From Parcubacteria group bacterium (GTDB lineage: Bacteria > Patescibacteriota > Patescibacteriia > UBA1558 > GWA2-36-10), in the NCBI GenBank assembly GCA_003104935.1, contig PQAE01000004.1, forward strand, positions 6,835 to 70,834: a DNA stretch of 64,000 nucleotides. The letters are read 5' to 3'. A model generated the notes under the pieces. That model saw only the letters and a list, made by a program, of their open reading frames with translations, had not been told where the DNA came from and did no database searches. The position numbers were made by a program, and so were the translations under genes. Shown piece after piece: positions 50,884-62,174 of the stretch (position 1 is its first letter; each line of letters begins with the position of its first letter).

Positions 50884-51810
50884 ATGCCCACTCAAAACAA
50901 CGCCGCCAAGTTTGCTTTTTTCTACATGCTATCGCTGATCGCCCTGGTCTTTGTGGCCGTGGCCAGCGGTACGATTTTATTTCAGATCATCAATAAGCTG
51001 GTCCCGGATATCGCCAATATCTATAGTAGTATGTATTTGGATGAGGCTATGCGTTTTGGGATCTCCGCGCTGATTATCGCCAGTCCCATATTCTATATTA
51101 CCGCCCGGCAGATCTACAAAAGTTTGTACAACGGTTCCCTGTCGTCGGATTCCGGCGTACGCAAATGGCTGACTTATCTAATACTCTTAGTTTCTATCAT
51201 CGTGATGATCGCCTGGCTGATCGCTATTTTAAACGGATTCCTGAGCGGCGAATTGACCGCCAAGTTTGTCCTAAAGGCTTTGACGGCGATTATTATCTCC
51301 GGCATTGTTTTTTCTTTTTATTTTTACGACATCCGGCGAGATGATATTTTAAACAAAGTTGATAAAGTAATTAAAATTTATTTTTTTGCTTCTCTGGCGG
51401 TAATCGTCGTTATCCTGATAGCGGCTTTTATGAATGTCGAATCTCCCGCCGTGGCTCGGGAAAAGAAAATCGATCAGCAGGTAATCAATAATTTTTACAC
51501 CATTCAAAATGACGTCGACGATTATTATAATACCTATAAAAAAATGCCGGCTAGCCTAAGCGATTTGACTAAGGAGTATAATAATCTGACGCCCGAGGTT
51601 TTAAATAATCCGTCGGATAACACCCCCATTGAGTATAAGGTCAATGGAGATAGGGGCTTTGAGCTCTGCACCACTTTTAAATCCGCCAATAAAGGTAAAG
51701 GGCAGCTCTATCAGGATACTAACTGGCTCCACGATGCCGGTTATCAATGCTTGCGACAAAATGTGAGCGATTACCCTAAAGGTATCGTGCCGGCTCCGAT
51801 GATTCCCTAA
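50884..51810 (+). CDS. DUF5671-like membrane protein
   Basis: FFY.LSLI.L, RKWLTYL.L, FL.GELT.KF.LK; C-terminal FELC.TF. Confidence 0.75.
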   Translation: MPTQNNAAKFAFFYMLSLIALVFVAVASGTILFQIINKLVPDIANIYSSMYLDEAMRFGISALIIASPIFYITARQIYKSLYNGSLSSDSGVRKWLTYLILLVSIIVMIAWLIAILNGFLSGELTAKFVLKALTAIIISGIVFSFYFYDIRRDDILNKVDKVIKIYFFASLAVIVVILIAAFMNVESPAVAREKKIDQQVINNFYTIQNDVDDYYNTYKKMPASLSDLTKEYNNLTPEVLNNPSDNTPIEYKVNGDRGFELCTTFKSANKGKGQLYQDTNWLHDAGYQCLRQNVSDYPKGIVPAPMIP

Positions 51811-52283
51811 TGCCCAAGCAGATTTATCGCGCTTATTATCATAGCCCGTTGGGCTGGCTGGAGTTGGTAGCCACAAGCCAAGGCCTCATAGCCATTAATT
51901 ACAAAAATAAAAAAGGGAGCGTTGTTGCGACGCACCCTTTTTTAACCCGGGCGCAAAAGCAACTGGCCGAATATTTTCAGGGCCACCGCTTTGTTTTTGA
52001 CCTGCTGGTTTATCTGTCCGGTACGCCCTGGCAAAATAAGGTTTATCTAAATCTGGCGCGCGTTCCTTACGGTCGGGTGATTAGCTATCAAGATCTGGCT
52101 ATTTTAGCTGGTGTCGGTAAAGCGGCTCGCGCGGTTGGCCAGGCGGTCAATAAAAATAAATTACCCATTATTATTCCTTGCCATCGGGTCATCGGTAGCG
52201 ACGGTAAATTAATAGGTTATGCCGGCGGATTGGCGAAAAAAATTTGGCTTTTAAGGCACGAAGCTGGTGTTTTGACTAAATAG
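51810..52283 (+). CDS. ogt: Methylated-DNA--protein-cysteine methyltransferase
   Basis: SPLG, ARAVG, IPCHRVI, GYAGG. Confidence 0.95.
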   Translation: MPKQIYRAYYHSPLGWLELVATSQGLIAINYKNKKGSVVATHPFLTRAQKQLAEYFQGHRFVFDLLVYLSGTPWQNKVYLNLARVPYGRVISYQDLAILAGVGKAARAVGQAVNKNKLPIIIPCHRVIGSDGKLIGYAGGLAKKIWLLRHEAGVLTK

Positions 52284-52311
52284 GTCAGATAAATTAAGAT
52301 AGGAGCATGAA

Positions 52312-52376
52312 TCCCGTTAATAATTAGCTTTAGCGGGCAGGGAGAAAATAATCAGAGACTAGTAATTTTAACGGGA
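52312..52376. mobile_element. MITE-like inverted-repeat element at the dnaG start codon
   Basis: TCCCGTTAA...TTAACGGGA flanked by TGAA on both sides. Confidence 0.7.
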
Positions 52377-54172
52377 TGAATCCGGTGGAGGAAGTAAAAA
52401 ATCGTCTAGATATAGTAGAGATCATCTCTGGCTATATTAGTTTATCGCAGGCCGGGGCTAATTGGCGGGCGCGCTGTCCTTTTCACAATGAAAAGACGCC
52501 TAGTTTTATGGTCTCCAAAGAAAAACAAATTTGGCATTGCTTTGGCTGTGACAAAGGCGGCGACATCATCACTTTTGTGCAGGAGTACGAGGGTATTACC
52601 TTTGGCGAAGCTCTGCGCATTCTGGCGGAAAAAGCCGGGGTGGTGCTGGAAAATCAGCGCTTTGAAAAAAAGGTAGACTACAATCCCTTTTACCAATTGA
52701 ATAAATTAGCGGCGGATTTTTATCAAGCCAAACTATCGAATAGCGACGAGGCCAGTATTAAAACCGGAAAATATTTACTCAATCGCGGTCTGACCGAAGC
52801 CAGCATAAAAAAATGGCAATTAGGATTATCCGGCTCGGCTTGGGATGAACTATATTTATACTTAAGAGATCAGGGGTTTAGTGACGAACATATTTTCCAG
52901 GCGGGATTGATTGTAAAAAAGAAAAGCGGATTAGGTTATGTGGACCGTTTCCGTCAGCGCTTGATGTTTCCCATCGCTGACGCTCAGAGCCGAGTGGTCG
53001 GTTTTACTTCGCGCACCTTGGCGCATATTATTTTTGCCGAAGATGATTTTGGCGGTAAATATATCAATAGTCCCCAGACGGCCATCTATGATAAGAGCCG
53101 CATTCTTTACGGTTGGCACTTAGCTAAAGAAAGCATCCGGCAGAAAAAGTATTTGATTATTGTGGAAGGAAATATGGATGCCATCATGGCCCATCAGGCC
53201 GGCACTAATAACACCATTGCCGTTTCCGGCACTGCCTTGACCATCGAACAGCTACGTTTGATTAAGCGTTACGCTAATAATGTCATTCTGGCTTTTGACG
53301 GAGATGCCGCCGGGTCGCGGGCCGCCTTCCGCAGTTTTGCCCTGGGCTGGCAGGAAGACATGAATCTGAAAATCCTGGTTTTGTCCGGCGGCGACGATCC
53401 GGCCGATATGGTCAAAACAGATAAGGAGCGCTGGTTACAAGCGGTCAAAGATTCGGTGCCGGTTATGGATTACTATTTCAAACGCATTGTGGCCGGCGTG
53501 GACCTGAATCGCTCAGACCATAAGAAATTGGCGGTGGGCAAACTACTGCCGATAATCAAGTTTTTGAAAAGCCGGGTAGAACAGGCGCACTATCTGCAAA
53601 ATCTATCCGATAAACTGCAGATCCCTTTAAATATTTTGCAGGGCGATCTGGAACAGGCCAAGTCCTTTATTGATAAACCGGCGGTCAATAATATAGAAAC
53701 CCCAAGGACCGAGCGGGAAAGAAAAGAAGCTTTATTGCTCTTATCGGAAAAGTTATTAGCCTTAGCTTTTTTTAAACCGCTTTATCTGGAAAAAATTATC
53801 AGTGATCTGGCGCCGGAATTTTTGGATGAGGAGCTCCAGGGCCTTTACAGGAAGGTGATTATTTATTATACTAAGCAACATAATTTGGACAATTTTGCGG
53901 ACGCCGGCGATTTATTATTGACGGAAAAAAACGACTATATCCGTCTGGTCATGCTGGGAGAGATGGAATATGGCGATTATAGCGAAAAGGACCTGCAGGG
54001 CGACTTTTTTTCTCACACTAAGCGTCTTAAATTAAGAAAGTATGAGGCCGAGCGCGATCTGCTGATTGCACAATTGCGTCAGGCCGAGCTCAGCGGTGAT
54101 CAGGATCGCCAAAATTCCGCCATGCACCAAATAAATTTACTTAATAAGGATATAAATAAATTATCTAGTTAA
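52376..54172 (+). CDS. dnaG: DNA primase
   Basis: [35 protein letters not shown]. Confidence 0.97.
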   Translation: MNPVEEVKNRLDIVEIISGYISLSQAGANWRARCPFHNEKTPSFMVSKEKQIWHCFGCDKGGDIITFVQEYEGITFGEALRILAEKAGVVLENQRFEKKVDYNPFYQLNKLAADFYQAKLSNSDEASIKTGKYLLNRGLTEASIKKWQLGLSGSAWDELYLYLRDQGFSDEHIFQAGLIVKKKSGLGYVDRFRQRLMFPIADAQSRVVGFTSRTLAHIIFAEDDFGGKYINSPQTAIYDKSRILYGWHLAKESIRQKKYLIIVEGNMDAIMAHQAGTNNTIAVSGTALTIEQLRLIKRYANNVILAFDGDAAGSRAAFRSFALGWQEDMNLKILVLSGGDDPADMVKTDKERWLQAVKDSVPVMDYYFKRIVAGVDLNRSDHKKLAVGKLLPIIKFLKSRVEQAHYLQNLSDKLQIPLNILQGDLEQAKSFIDKPAVNNIETPRTERERKEALLLLSEKLLALAFFKPLYLEKIISDLAPEFLDEELQGLYRKVIIYYTKQHNLDNFADAGDLLLTEKNDYIRLVMLGEMEYGDYSEKDLQGDFFSHTKRLKLRKYEAERDLLIAQLRQAELSGDQDRQNSAMHQINLLNKDINKLSS

Positions 54173-54173
54173 T

Positions 54174-55436
54174 ATGGTGGCCAAAAAAATAAAAAAAGGC
54201 GCTAAAAAAACCATCCGTCATTTCAAACCCAAGAAAAAAAAGAATCTGGCGGTAAAAAAAGCGTCGCCTAAAAAGTCGGCTCGTCCCCGCAAGACCAAAG
54301 TTGTCAAAAAACATAAGGCCCGGGTTATAAAAGCTAAAGCTCCCAAAGGCAAACTGGAAAAGAGCTATGTGGACCTATTGATTAAGAAAGCCCGGTCGCG
54401 CGGTTTTGTGACGGAAAACGAAGTATTACGGGTTTTTACCGACTTGGAAGATTACCAGGAAGATTTTGAAGATTTTTTAGACATGCTGGATTACATGGCT
54501 ATCCAGGTAGTAGCCAATGATATCGGACTGATTAACACTAGCGGCAAACCCTCGGACACTTTGCAAAAGATGGGCCTCAAAGGCGATGATAAGCGGGGCG
54601 ACCTGACGGACATCGCTGCCGATTCTATCCAGATGTATTTGCGGGAAATCGGCAAAGTGCCTCTGCTCAAGCAGGAAGAGGAGATGATGTACGCCAAGCG
54701 CAAAGAAAAAGGAGAGATTGAAGCTAAGAAAAAATTAATTGAATCTAATTTGCGTCTGGTCGTTTCTATCGCCAAAAAATTCACCGGCCGTTCGCTGACC
54801 TTGTTAGATTTGATTCAGGAAGGTAACATCGGATTATTTCGCGCTGTCGAAAAATTTGATTACCGCAAGGGCTATAAATTTTCCACCTACGCTACCTGGT
54901 GGATCCGTCAGGCTATCACCCGTGCTTTAGCTGATCAGTCCCGAACTATCCGTATTCCCGTACACATGGTGGAGACGATTAATCGCTTTAACCAAATTGA
55001 GCGCCGCTTGGTGCAGGAGCTGGGTCGCGATCCCTTGCCTGAAGAAATCGCCGCGGAAATGGGTGAGGACATCGACAAGATCAGACAGATTATAAAAATT
55101 TCCCAGGAAACTGTTTCTCTGGAGGCCTCGGTGGGCGATGACGATGAGGACAGTACTTTGGGCGACTTTATTGAAGATGAAAAAAATATCGGTCCGGACC
55201 GGGTGGCCGCCCTAAAATTGCTCGGCGATCATGTCAAAAAAGTAATCGGCGACCTGACTCCCCGGGAGCAGAAAATACTGGAAATGCGTTTTGGACTGAT
55301 GGACGGTGTAGCCCATACTCTGGAGGAGGTTGGCCAGGAGTTCGGCGTGACCCGCGAGCGCATCCGTCAGATCGAGGCCAAAGCTTTGGAGCGCATCAAA
55401 AAGCACGAAGATATGCGCAAACTCCGGGACTACTAA
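54174..55436 (+). CDS. rpoD: Primary sigma factor RpoD
   Basis: [38 protein letters not shown]; Lys-rich N-terminus. Confidence 0.97.
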   Translation: MVAKKIKKGAKKTIRHFKPKKKKNLAVKKASPKKSARPRKTKVVKKHKARVIKAKAPKGKLEKSYVDLLIKKARSRGFVTENEVLRVFTDLEDYQEDFEDFLDMLDYMAIQVVANDIGLINTSGKPSDTLQKMGLKGDDKRGDLTDIAADSIQMYLREIGKVPLLKQEEEMMYAKRKEKGEIEAKKKLIESNLRLVVSIAKKFTGRSLTLLDLIQEGNIGLFRAVEKFDYRKGYKFSTYATWWIRQAITRALADQSRTIRIPVHMVETINRFNQIERRLVQELGRDPLPEEIAAEMGEDIDKIRQIIKISQETVSLEASVGDDDEDSTLGDFIEDEKNIGPDRVAALKLLGDHVKKVIGDLTPREQKILEMRFGLMDGVAHTLEEVGQEFGVTRERIRQIEAKALERIKKHEDMRKLRDY

Positions 55437-55544
55437 AAAATACCTTGGCTGAGCCCGTTTTTCCAGCGGGTCTCAGCTTTTTTTTAGCCTATTTGTATGC
55501 TATGATATAGGATATAAATAGATTGTTTTAGCAGATTAATATAT

Positions 55545-56003
55545 ATGTTTTTAACCACTCATGCGGCCGCGGCACTCTATGTCGGCACCCAGGTTCACGA
55601 TCCTTTGCTGGCTCTAGCTATCGGCTTTGCCTCGCACTTTGTCATGGATGCCGTTCCGCACGGTGATGAGACGCTGGGCAGTCACCATATCACAACGCGC
55701 GGAAAATATTTTTACCTGGCCAAAGTGGCTTTTGTAGATTTATTTTTAGCCGGCAGTCTAGTGTTTTTTTATATGCATCGCCGGCCGGAAGTAGATCGTC
55801 TGGTAGTGGCGGCCGCGGCCTTTGGGTCCTGGCTGCCGGATTTTCTCTGGCTGGCCAACCGCTTGCTGAAGATCAAGATCCTGACTTTTTATACCCGGAT
55901 GCACGACCGGATTCATGAGCTGATTAATTGGCAATTCTCTCCGGTCTATGGCGTGCCCTTTCAGATTATCATTACCATCCTGTTTATGAAGATGTTGTTT
56001 TAG
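55545..56003 (+). CDS. Membrane metal-dependent hydrolase-like protein
   Basis: TTH, SHFVMDAVPH, LPD, H..IH. Confidence 0.7.
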   Translation: MFLTTHAAAALYVGTQVHDPLLALAIGFASHFVMDAVPHGDETLGSHHITTRGKYFYLAKVAFVDLFLAGSLVFFYMHRRPEVDRLVVAAAAFGSWLPDFLWLANRLLKIKILTFYTRMHDRIHELINWQFSPVYGVPFQIIITILFMKMLF

Positions 56004-56018
56004 TAATATTTTTGCGCG

Positions 56019-57668
56019 ATGAAAATAAAGCTCGCAAATCCTGGCCGTCGACCAATCTATGTTTGGTTGATTTTTTTATCGGCGACTCTAGTTTTGTACG
56101 GGGCCGGCATGCATATTTATTTTTTGTCCGATGATTGGCATTGGCTGTATCTGGGACAAGAGCGAGCCATAGACGGCAGTTTATTTTTGAGCAATTATGC
56201 CGGCCAGACCGGCGACGGATCTTATAATCCGTTTTTATTTTTGATTTTTAAATTGTTCTATGTCCTGTTCGGCTTAAAGTTTTGGGCTTACCATCTGATC
56301 AGCATCCTCGTACACGCTACCAACGGTTTGCTAGTATATTTGTTGGCCAGGAAATTATTTGTTGTCGGCCAACGAAACATAGCTTGGTTTTGGCCGGTCA
56401 TTATCGGAGCAATGTTTATTGTCTGGCCTAACCAGGTGGAGACCGTCACCTGGCTGTCGGCCTGGGCGCATTTGTGGCCGACATTCTTCTTTTTATTATC
56501 TCTGCTCAGTTATTTACATTTTCGCTCGTCTAGTCGCCGGTTTTATTTGTTTTTATCCGTCCTGTTATTTACCATAGCTATTTTTACCAAAGAAACTACG
56601 CTGAGCTTGCCGTTTATTATATTAGTGAACGAGATGTTTCTGGGGCGGCTTTGTCAGACTACCCGACCGGATTATCTGAGGGTTCGTTATTTTTTTTACA
56701 TTCTTTTATTTTTTCTATTATTACGTTATGGTGCTACCGGCATGTGTCTGGGATATTATATGGCGCCGGTCTTAGGTCTTGACCCGTTGGCGTGGATTGC
56801 GCGCTTGGCGATATACGGATCAGAGCTAGTCAGCTTTGGTTTCCTGAGAATCTTGCTGAGCAAAATCGTTTATCATTATCAGCTACTAGTTGCCATTTTG
56901 GTTTTACTATTTTTAGCCGGCAGTACTTATGGCTTATATGTTAGGAAAAAGTTTTTTTTGCTGGCGGTGGCCGGGAGTCTGCTGATAGCGTTGGGGCCAT
57001 TTTTACTTTTAGATTTGCACCGTACTACTTTTGCCGATGAGAGATATCTGTATTTGCCGTCTGTTTTTTTTGTGATCGGCCTGGGTTATATTCTCAGCTT
57101 TTGGCCACGGCGTTATTGGCCACGGACCATACTGATAGTGATCGGTATAATTTGTCTGGGCGTGGTGCGCTACAAATTGGACATCTGGCAACAGGCCGGC
57201 CGGCTCAGTCAGCAGACACTGGCCAGTTATGGCGAATTAAAACTAGCACCGGATCAGAAATTGGTCGCAGTGGGCCTGCCGGACAATCTGGCCGGAGCCC
57301 AACTCTGGCGCAACAATCTGTCTTTAGCCCTGGATTTTATCTATCCGGTTCCGGTAAGGCACCAGATAACGATGTTGCCGGTTTATGTCCAGTTAAATAA
57401 AGATAATCAGGACAAACATCTGCTTAACTGGCGCCAAGATGAGCTGGGCTGGTTTGGGGAGAGTGCCGACGGCAGTTTTGTGGTCACCGGCCTGACCTCG
57501 CTCACCCGCAACGGTTTTTATTGGGAGCTATGGAACTATAATTATCAAAATTATACGGCTAATACTATCCGGCTGATGCCGCAGACGGAGAAGCTAAAAG
57601 ACTCGCTGGGTAGCGGACAAATAAAAATTTTTACTTTTGACCGCGGGCGATTCCGCATTCTAGAATAA
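56019..57668 (+). CDS. Multi-TM probable GT-C glycosyltransferase
   Basis: FLSDDW after TM1; E.V.W, TKE, ERYLYLP. Confidence 0.75.
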   Translation: MKIKLANPGRRPIYVWLIFLSATLVLYGAGMHIYFLSDDWHWLYLGQERAIDGSLFLSNYAGQTGDGSYNPFLFLIFKLFYVLFGLKFWAYHLISILVHATNGLLVYLLARKLFVVGQRNIAWFWPVIIGAMFIVWPNQVETVTWLSAWAHLWPTFFFLLSLLSYLHFRSSSRRFYLFLSVLLFTIAIFTKETTLSLPFIILVNEMFLGRLCQTTRPDYLRVRYFFYILLFFLLLRYGATGMCLGYYMAPVLGLDPLAWIARLAIYGSELVSFGFLRILLSKIVYHYQLLVAILVLLFLAGSTYGLYVRKKFFLLAVAGSLLIALGPFLLLDLHRTTFADERYLYLPSVFFVIGLGYILSFWPRRYWPRTILIVIGIICLGVVRYKLDIWQQAGRLSQQTLASYGELKLAPDQKLVAVGLPDNLAGAQLWRNNLSLALDFIYPVPVRHQITMLPVYVQLNKDNQDKHLLNWRQDELGWFGESADGSFVVTGLTSLTRNGFYWELWNYNYQNYTANTIRLMPQTEKLKDSLGSGQIKIFTFDRGRFRILE

Positions 57669-57757
57669 TCAGTTTACGGGAGCGTAAATCGTTTGATTAT
57701 TCCGCGATTTTCAGTTATTCTTATGGTAGCAATAGCTAATTTACTCCATAAAAAAGG

Positions 57758-58795
57758 ATGAAAGAAGAGTTAAAGGTAGAGAAGTTGGGCGTGCTGTTGG
57801 AGCCCACTAAACAACCATTTGAAAAAAGGGCGGTCTTAAATCCGGGCTGCTATCAAGACGGCGAATTTGTGCATGTATTTTATCGGGGCATTGATCATGA
57901 TAATCATTCCAGCATCGGCTATGCTAAATTAAAGGGGCCGACCAAAGTGGTACAGAGATTTAAAAAGCCCGTCATTTCCCACAGCTATCAATATGAAAAG
58001 GCCGGCGCGGAAGACCCCCGGATCGTCAAGCTGGGAAAAACTTTTTATCTGACTTATGTCGCTCACGACGGCAAAAATGCGCTGACAGCTTATGCCACCA
58101 GCCGTGACTTAAAAAAATTTAAAAAACGCGGCTTGATCAGCCCCTTGGTGACCTACGACACCTCCGCTTCCCTGTTTCGAAAAAACAAGCTCAAGGACCG
58201 TTATTTTATGTTTGAGGCCTACTATGAGGAATCGGCCGGAGATGATATTTTGCTGTGGTTCAAGGATGTATTTTTATTTCCACGCAAGTTTAAAAACCGC
58301 TTTGCCATGCTGGCCAGAGTCCTGCCGGACATCCATATCATTTTTTTCCGGAGTTTCAACCAGTTGAAACAAAGGAGTTTTTGGAAAAATTATTTAAAGC
58401 GACTATCCAGCCACGTGGTTTTGGAAAATAAATACTGGTTTGAATCCCGCAATATCGGCGGCGGCGCTCCGCCCATTTACACCAAGGACGGCTGGCTAGT
58501 GATCTTTCATACCGTGTCGGAATCAAATAAATCCAGAATATATTATGCCAGCGCCGCTTTGCTGGATAAGACTAATCCGCAAAAAGTCATCGGACGACTG
58601 AGCAAACCTCTGTTTTCTCCGGATCAGGAATGGGAGAAAAGAGGTTTTGTTAATGACGTCGTCTTTCCCACTGGCACGGCCATTTTCGGCAAAGACCTCT
58701 ATATCTATTATGGGGCGGCCGATAAACGCATTGCCGTCGCCCGGGTAAATTTTCGGCAACTAATCAAGAAACTTAAAGCAACTCCGCAGAAATAA
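57758..58795 (+). CDS. GH130-family glycosidase/phosphorylase
   Basis: VLNPG, EDPRI, KD..LFP, GGGAPP, VVFPTG, YYGAAD. Confidence 0.88.
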   Translation: MKEELKVEKLGVLLEPTKQPFEKRAVLNPGCYQDGEFVHVFYRGIDHDNHSSIGYAKLKGPTKVVQRFKKPVISHSYQYEKAGAEDPRIVKLGKTFYLTYVAHDGKNALTAYATSRDLKKFKKRGLISPLVTYDTSASLFRKNKLKDRYFMFEAYYEESAGDDILLWFKDVFLFPRKFKNRFAMLARVLPDIHIIFFRSFNQLKQRSFWKNYLKRLSSHVVLENKYWFESRNIGGGAPPIYTKDGWLVIFHTVSESNKSRIYYASAALLDKTNPQKVIGRLSKPLFSPDQEWEKRGFVNDVVFPTGTAIFGKDLYIYYGAADKRIAVARVNFRQLIKKLKATPQK

Positions 58796-58799
58796 GACT

Positions 58800-61028
58800 A
58801 TGACTCCCTTGCGCGCTAAAGTCGAATCGAGTCAGATACTGTTTGTCAGCACCTACCCGCCTCGGGAATGCGGTATTGCTACTTTTACCCAGGATTTGAC
58901 CCAGGCTCTGGATAAAAAATTTAGCCCCCTGGTTAAAACTAAGATTTGCGCTCTGAACGAGCAGGCTACTTCTATATATAACTATAATCAAAATGTAGTC
59001 CAACAGGTCGCGGCCAGCGAGCTGGAGAATTATGTTTCCGGCGCCAATAAGATCAACGCCCGTAGCGAAGTCAAGCTGGTCAATATTCAGCATGAGTTCG
59101 GGATTTACGGCGGGTATTGGGGTAATTATTTGATACCCTTTATGCAAGCTCTGGATAAGCCGATTGTGGTGACCCTGCATTCGGTTTTGCCCCGGCCTCA
59201 GGAATATGTCCGCAAAGTTGTGCAAATGATGGCGGCCCGGGCTCAGGCGCTGGTGGTGATGAACAGGCTCTCGCAAAAAGTACTGATCCAGGATTACCAG
59301 ATTCCCCAGTATAAGATTTTTTACATCCCGCACGGCATACCGCAGGTGATGTACGGATCGGGCCAACCTTTTAAGGAACAATTGGGACTAAGCGGCAAGA
59401 TCGTATTGTCCACTTTTGGTTTGCTCAGTGACAATAAAGGCATCCAATATGCCATCCGGGCCTTACCCAAGATCGTGCAAAAATATCCTCAGGTTGTTTA
59501 TTTGATTATCGGTGAAACTCATCCTAATGTCCGTAAAAATGAAGGTGAGCATTATCGTAATTTTCTCAATAAGGAAGTGAAAAGACTCGGCCTCAGTAAC
59601 CAGGTTAAATTTTATAACAAATATATCAATCTGGAAGAGATCACAAATTTTTTACAGGCCACCGATATTTATATTTCTACTACGCTTAGTCAGGCCCAGT
59701 CTGTGAGTGGTACCCTCTCTTATGCCTTGGGTTGCGGACGCCCGGTGGTCAGCACGGCCACCCACTATGCCGAACATATTATCACCAAGAAAAATGGCAT
59801 CCTGGTTCGTTTCCGCAATGCTAGTGATATCACCAAAGCGGTTTTATCTTTACTCGGCGACGACAGGACCAGGTTGGCTATGGGCGCGCAAGCCTACAAA
59901 GATACTCGGCCGATGATTTGGCCTAATGTGGCCGAGTCTTATTATAAAATCTACAAAAAAATCGCCTCTTTGGCAGGGGAGAGCAATAAACTGCCGCCCA
60001 TCAAGCTGGACCATCTAGTCAGACTGACCGATGACTTTGGTGTGGTTCAGCATGCTCGCTACAGCCGGCCGGAAAAAAGATTTGGTTATAGCACCGACGA
60101 TATGGCTCGGGCGCTGATTGTCTGCGCTCAATATTTACAGCTCGGTTCCTCCGGTATGGCCGCAAATCTGATGCGGATTTATATGAAATTTTTGAAATTC
60201 GCCCAGAAAAAAAACGGCAGTTTTGTTAATATCGTCACCCAGCAGAGGCGCCGGACCGCGGCTATCGAGGATGATGTACAGGGTCGGGTGATTTGGGCCC
60301 TAGGTTTTGTCAGCGCCCAAGCTAATGTAGCGGAAGACATAAAAAAAGAAGCGCGCCATTATTTTAAGAAAATTTTTCCTTTAATCAAGCGATTGAAGGC
60401 GCCGCGATCTATGGCCTTTGCTCTTTGCGGATTATATTATTATTTACAGGCCTTTCCTCAAGAACAGAAAGTGAAAAAATCGTTGGCCCAGCTGGCTGAT
60501 CACTTGGCTTTGCTTTATGAACACAATGCTTCCTACAAATGGCATTGGTTTGAAGATTTTTTGACTTATTCCAACGCTAAATTACCCGAAGCGCTATTTT
60601 TGGCCTATGATCTGCTACGGAAAAAGCGCTACCTGAAAGTGGCTCAGGCCTCGCTCAAATTTTTAGATTCGCTGACCTTTGGGCCCAAGTATTTTGCTCC
60701 CATCGGGCAAAACGGTTGGTGTTTTAAGGATAAAACTCGCGCGTATTTTGACCAGCAACCGGAAGACGTTTCCACTATGGTCCAGGCCAAAATCTTGGCT
60801 TATAAAATTACTAAAAATAAAAAACAGCTAAGCGACGCCTTGCGGGCCTTTCAGTGGTTTCTGGGAAAAAATTATCTGGGCCTAATGGTTTATGATGAGC
60901 TAACCGGCGGTTGCCACGACGGGTTGGGACAGTTTGAGCTCAATCTGAACCAGGGAGCAGAGTCCACTATTTGTTATTTGATGGCGCGGTTGGCTTTACA
61001 GGATCCGGTTTTAGTTAAATTAAAATAA
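58800..61028 (+). CDS. GT4 glycosyltransferase fused to an (alpha/alpha)6-barrel domain
   Basis: YPPRECGIATF, QHEFGI, SGTLSYA; C-terminal GYSTDD.ARAL, FDQQP, GGCHDGL, NQGAEST. Confidence 0.88.
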   Translation: MTPLRAKVESSQILFVSTYPPRECGIATFTQDLTQALDKKFSPLVKTKICALNEQATSIYNYNQNVVQQVAASELENYVSGANKINARSEVKLVNIQHEFGIYGGYWGNYLIPFMQALDKPIVVTLHSVLPRPQEYVRKVVQMMAARAQALVVMNRLSQKVLIQDYQIPQYKIFYIPHGIPQVMYGSGQPFKEQLGLSGKIVLSTFGLLSDNKGIQYAIRALPKIVQKYPQVVYLIIGETHPNVRKNEGEHYRNFLNKEVKRLGLSNQVKFYNKYINLEEITNFLQATDIYISTTLSQAQSVSGTLSYALGCGRPVVSTATHYAEHIITKKNGILVRFRNASDITKAVLSLLGDDRTRLAMGAQAYKDTRPMIWPNVAESYYKIYKKIASLAGESNKLPPIKLDHLVRLTDDFGVVQHARYSRPEKRFGYSTDDMARALIVCAQYLQLGSSGMAANLMRIYMKFLKFAQKKNGSFVNIVTQQRRRTAAIEDDVQGRVIWALGFVSAQANVAEDIKKEARHYFKKIFPLIKRLKAPRSMAFALCGLYYYLQAFPQEQKVKKSLAQLADHLALLYEHNASYKWHWFEDFLTYSNAKLPEALFLAYDLLRKKRYLKVAQASLKFLDSLTFGPKYFAPIGQNGWCFKDKTRAYFDQQPEDVSTMVQAKILAYKITKNKKQLSDALRAFQWFLGKNYLGLMVYDELTGGCHDGLGQFELNLNQGAESTICYLMARLALQDPVLVKLK

Positions 61029-61034
61029 AAAAAT

Positions 61035-62174
61035 ATGAAATTAACCAATGACGGTTATCAGCAGGCGATCAGGGTTTTACAACATTGTGCCCGTCCCAGC
61101 GGCTGGTTTGCTTCGGGTCTGCCCGGGGGTTATGCCGGGCTATGGGCCCGGGACAGCATGACTACTTCCCTGGGAGCCGCGCTGATAAAAAATAAATTCA
61201 AGCCGACATTTAAGGCCAGCTTAGCCCTGCTTAGTAAAAATCAATCGGCGCTGGGACAAATCCCCAATGCCGTGGGAGATTATAACGAAGACAGAAAATC
61301 CCGGGTGACTTTTAATACCATTGATTCTACTTTGTGGTATATTATCGGCCAACATATTTACGCTCAAGCTTATCACGACGGCAGTTTATTAAAAAAATAT
61401 AAAAAAAATATTGACCGAGCTTTTTTATGGCTGGCTTATCAGGATCCAAATGAAGATAAATTGTTGGTACAGCAACCGACCATGGACTGGCAAGACGCGT
61501 TTCCGCACAAATATGGCCGGGTCATCAACACCCAGGCTCTGCATTACGGCGCCTTGCGTTTGGCCGGAAAAAAATCGCAGGCCGAGCATATTAAAAAAGT
61601 AGTGAACGGCAATATAGAAAAATATTTGTCGCTCTATGATAAAAAGAGGGGCTATTATCTGCCTTGGGTTTGGAAAAATCACGACGGCGACCGGGAGCAG
61701 GAAACCTGGTTTGACACCCTGGGAAATCTGCTGGCTATAATTACCGGTTTAGCTACGCCCAAAATCGCCGAGAAAATCCTGGACTATATCGAGCAAAAAA
61801 AAATCAACCGGCCCTATCCCTGCCAGGCGATCTATCCGCCGCTCCGGCCGGCCGACAAAGAGTGGCAGTCCTATTTTTCCAAAGCTATTTCTAAACCTTA
61901 TGATTATTTAAACGGAGGGATCTGGCCTTTTATCGGCGGTTTTTATGTCGCGGCTCTAGTTAAAACCAAAAGACACTCCCGGGCCCTAAGCGAGCTGGAG
62001 CGTCTGAGTCATGCTAATAAATTAGGTAAAGACCGGGTCTGGGAATTTAATGAGTGGCTGGGCGGCCGGAGCGGCCGACCACAGGGCGCACCTTACCAGG
62101 CCTGGTCGGCCGGAACTTATCTTTTTGCCCGGCAGTCCGTGCTGGACAAAAAAGTTCCCTTTTTTAATTACTAA
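61035..62174 (+). CDS. Six-hairpin glycosidase (GH100/amylo-alpha-1,6-glucosidase-like)
   Basis: WARDS, GQIPN, IDSTLW, Y.NGGIWPFIGG, FNEW, QAWSA. Confidence 0.8.
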   Translation: MKLTNDGYQQAIRVLQHCARPSGWFASGLPGGYAGLWARDSMTTSLGAALIKNKFKPTFKASLALLSKNQSALGQIPNAVGDYNEDRKSRVTFNTIDSTLWYIIGQHIYAQAYHDGSLLKKYKKNIDRAFLWLAYQDPNEDKLLVQQPTMDWQDAFPHKYGRVINTQALHYGALRLAGKKSQAEHIKKVVNGNIEKYLSLYDKKRGYYLPWVWKNHDGDREQETWFDTLGNLLAIITGLATPKIAEKILDYIEQKKINRPYPCQAIYPPLRPADKEWQSYFSKAISKPYDYLNGGIWPFIGGFYVAALVKTKRHSRALSELERLSHANKLGKDRVWEFNEWLGGRSGRPQGAPYQAWSAGTYLFARQSVLDKKVPFFNY

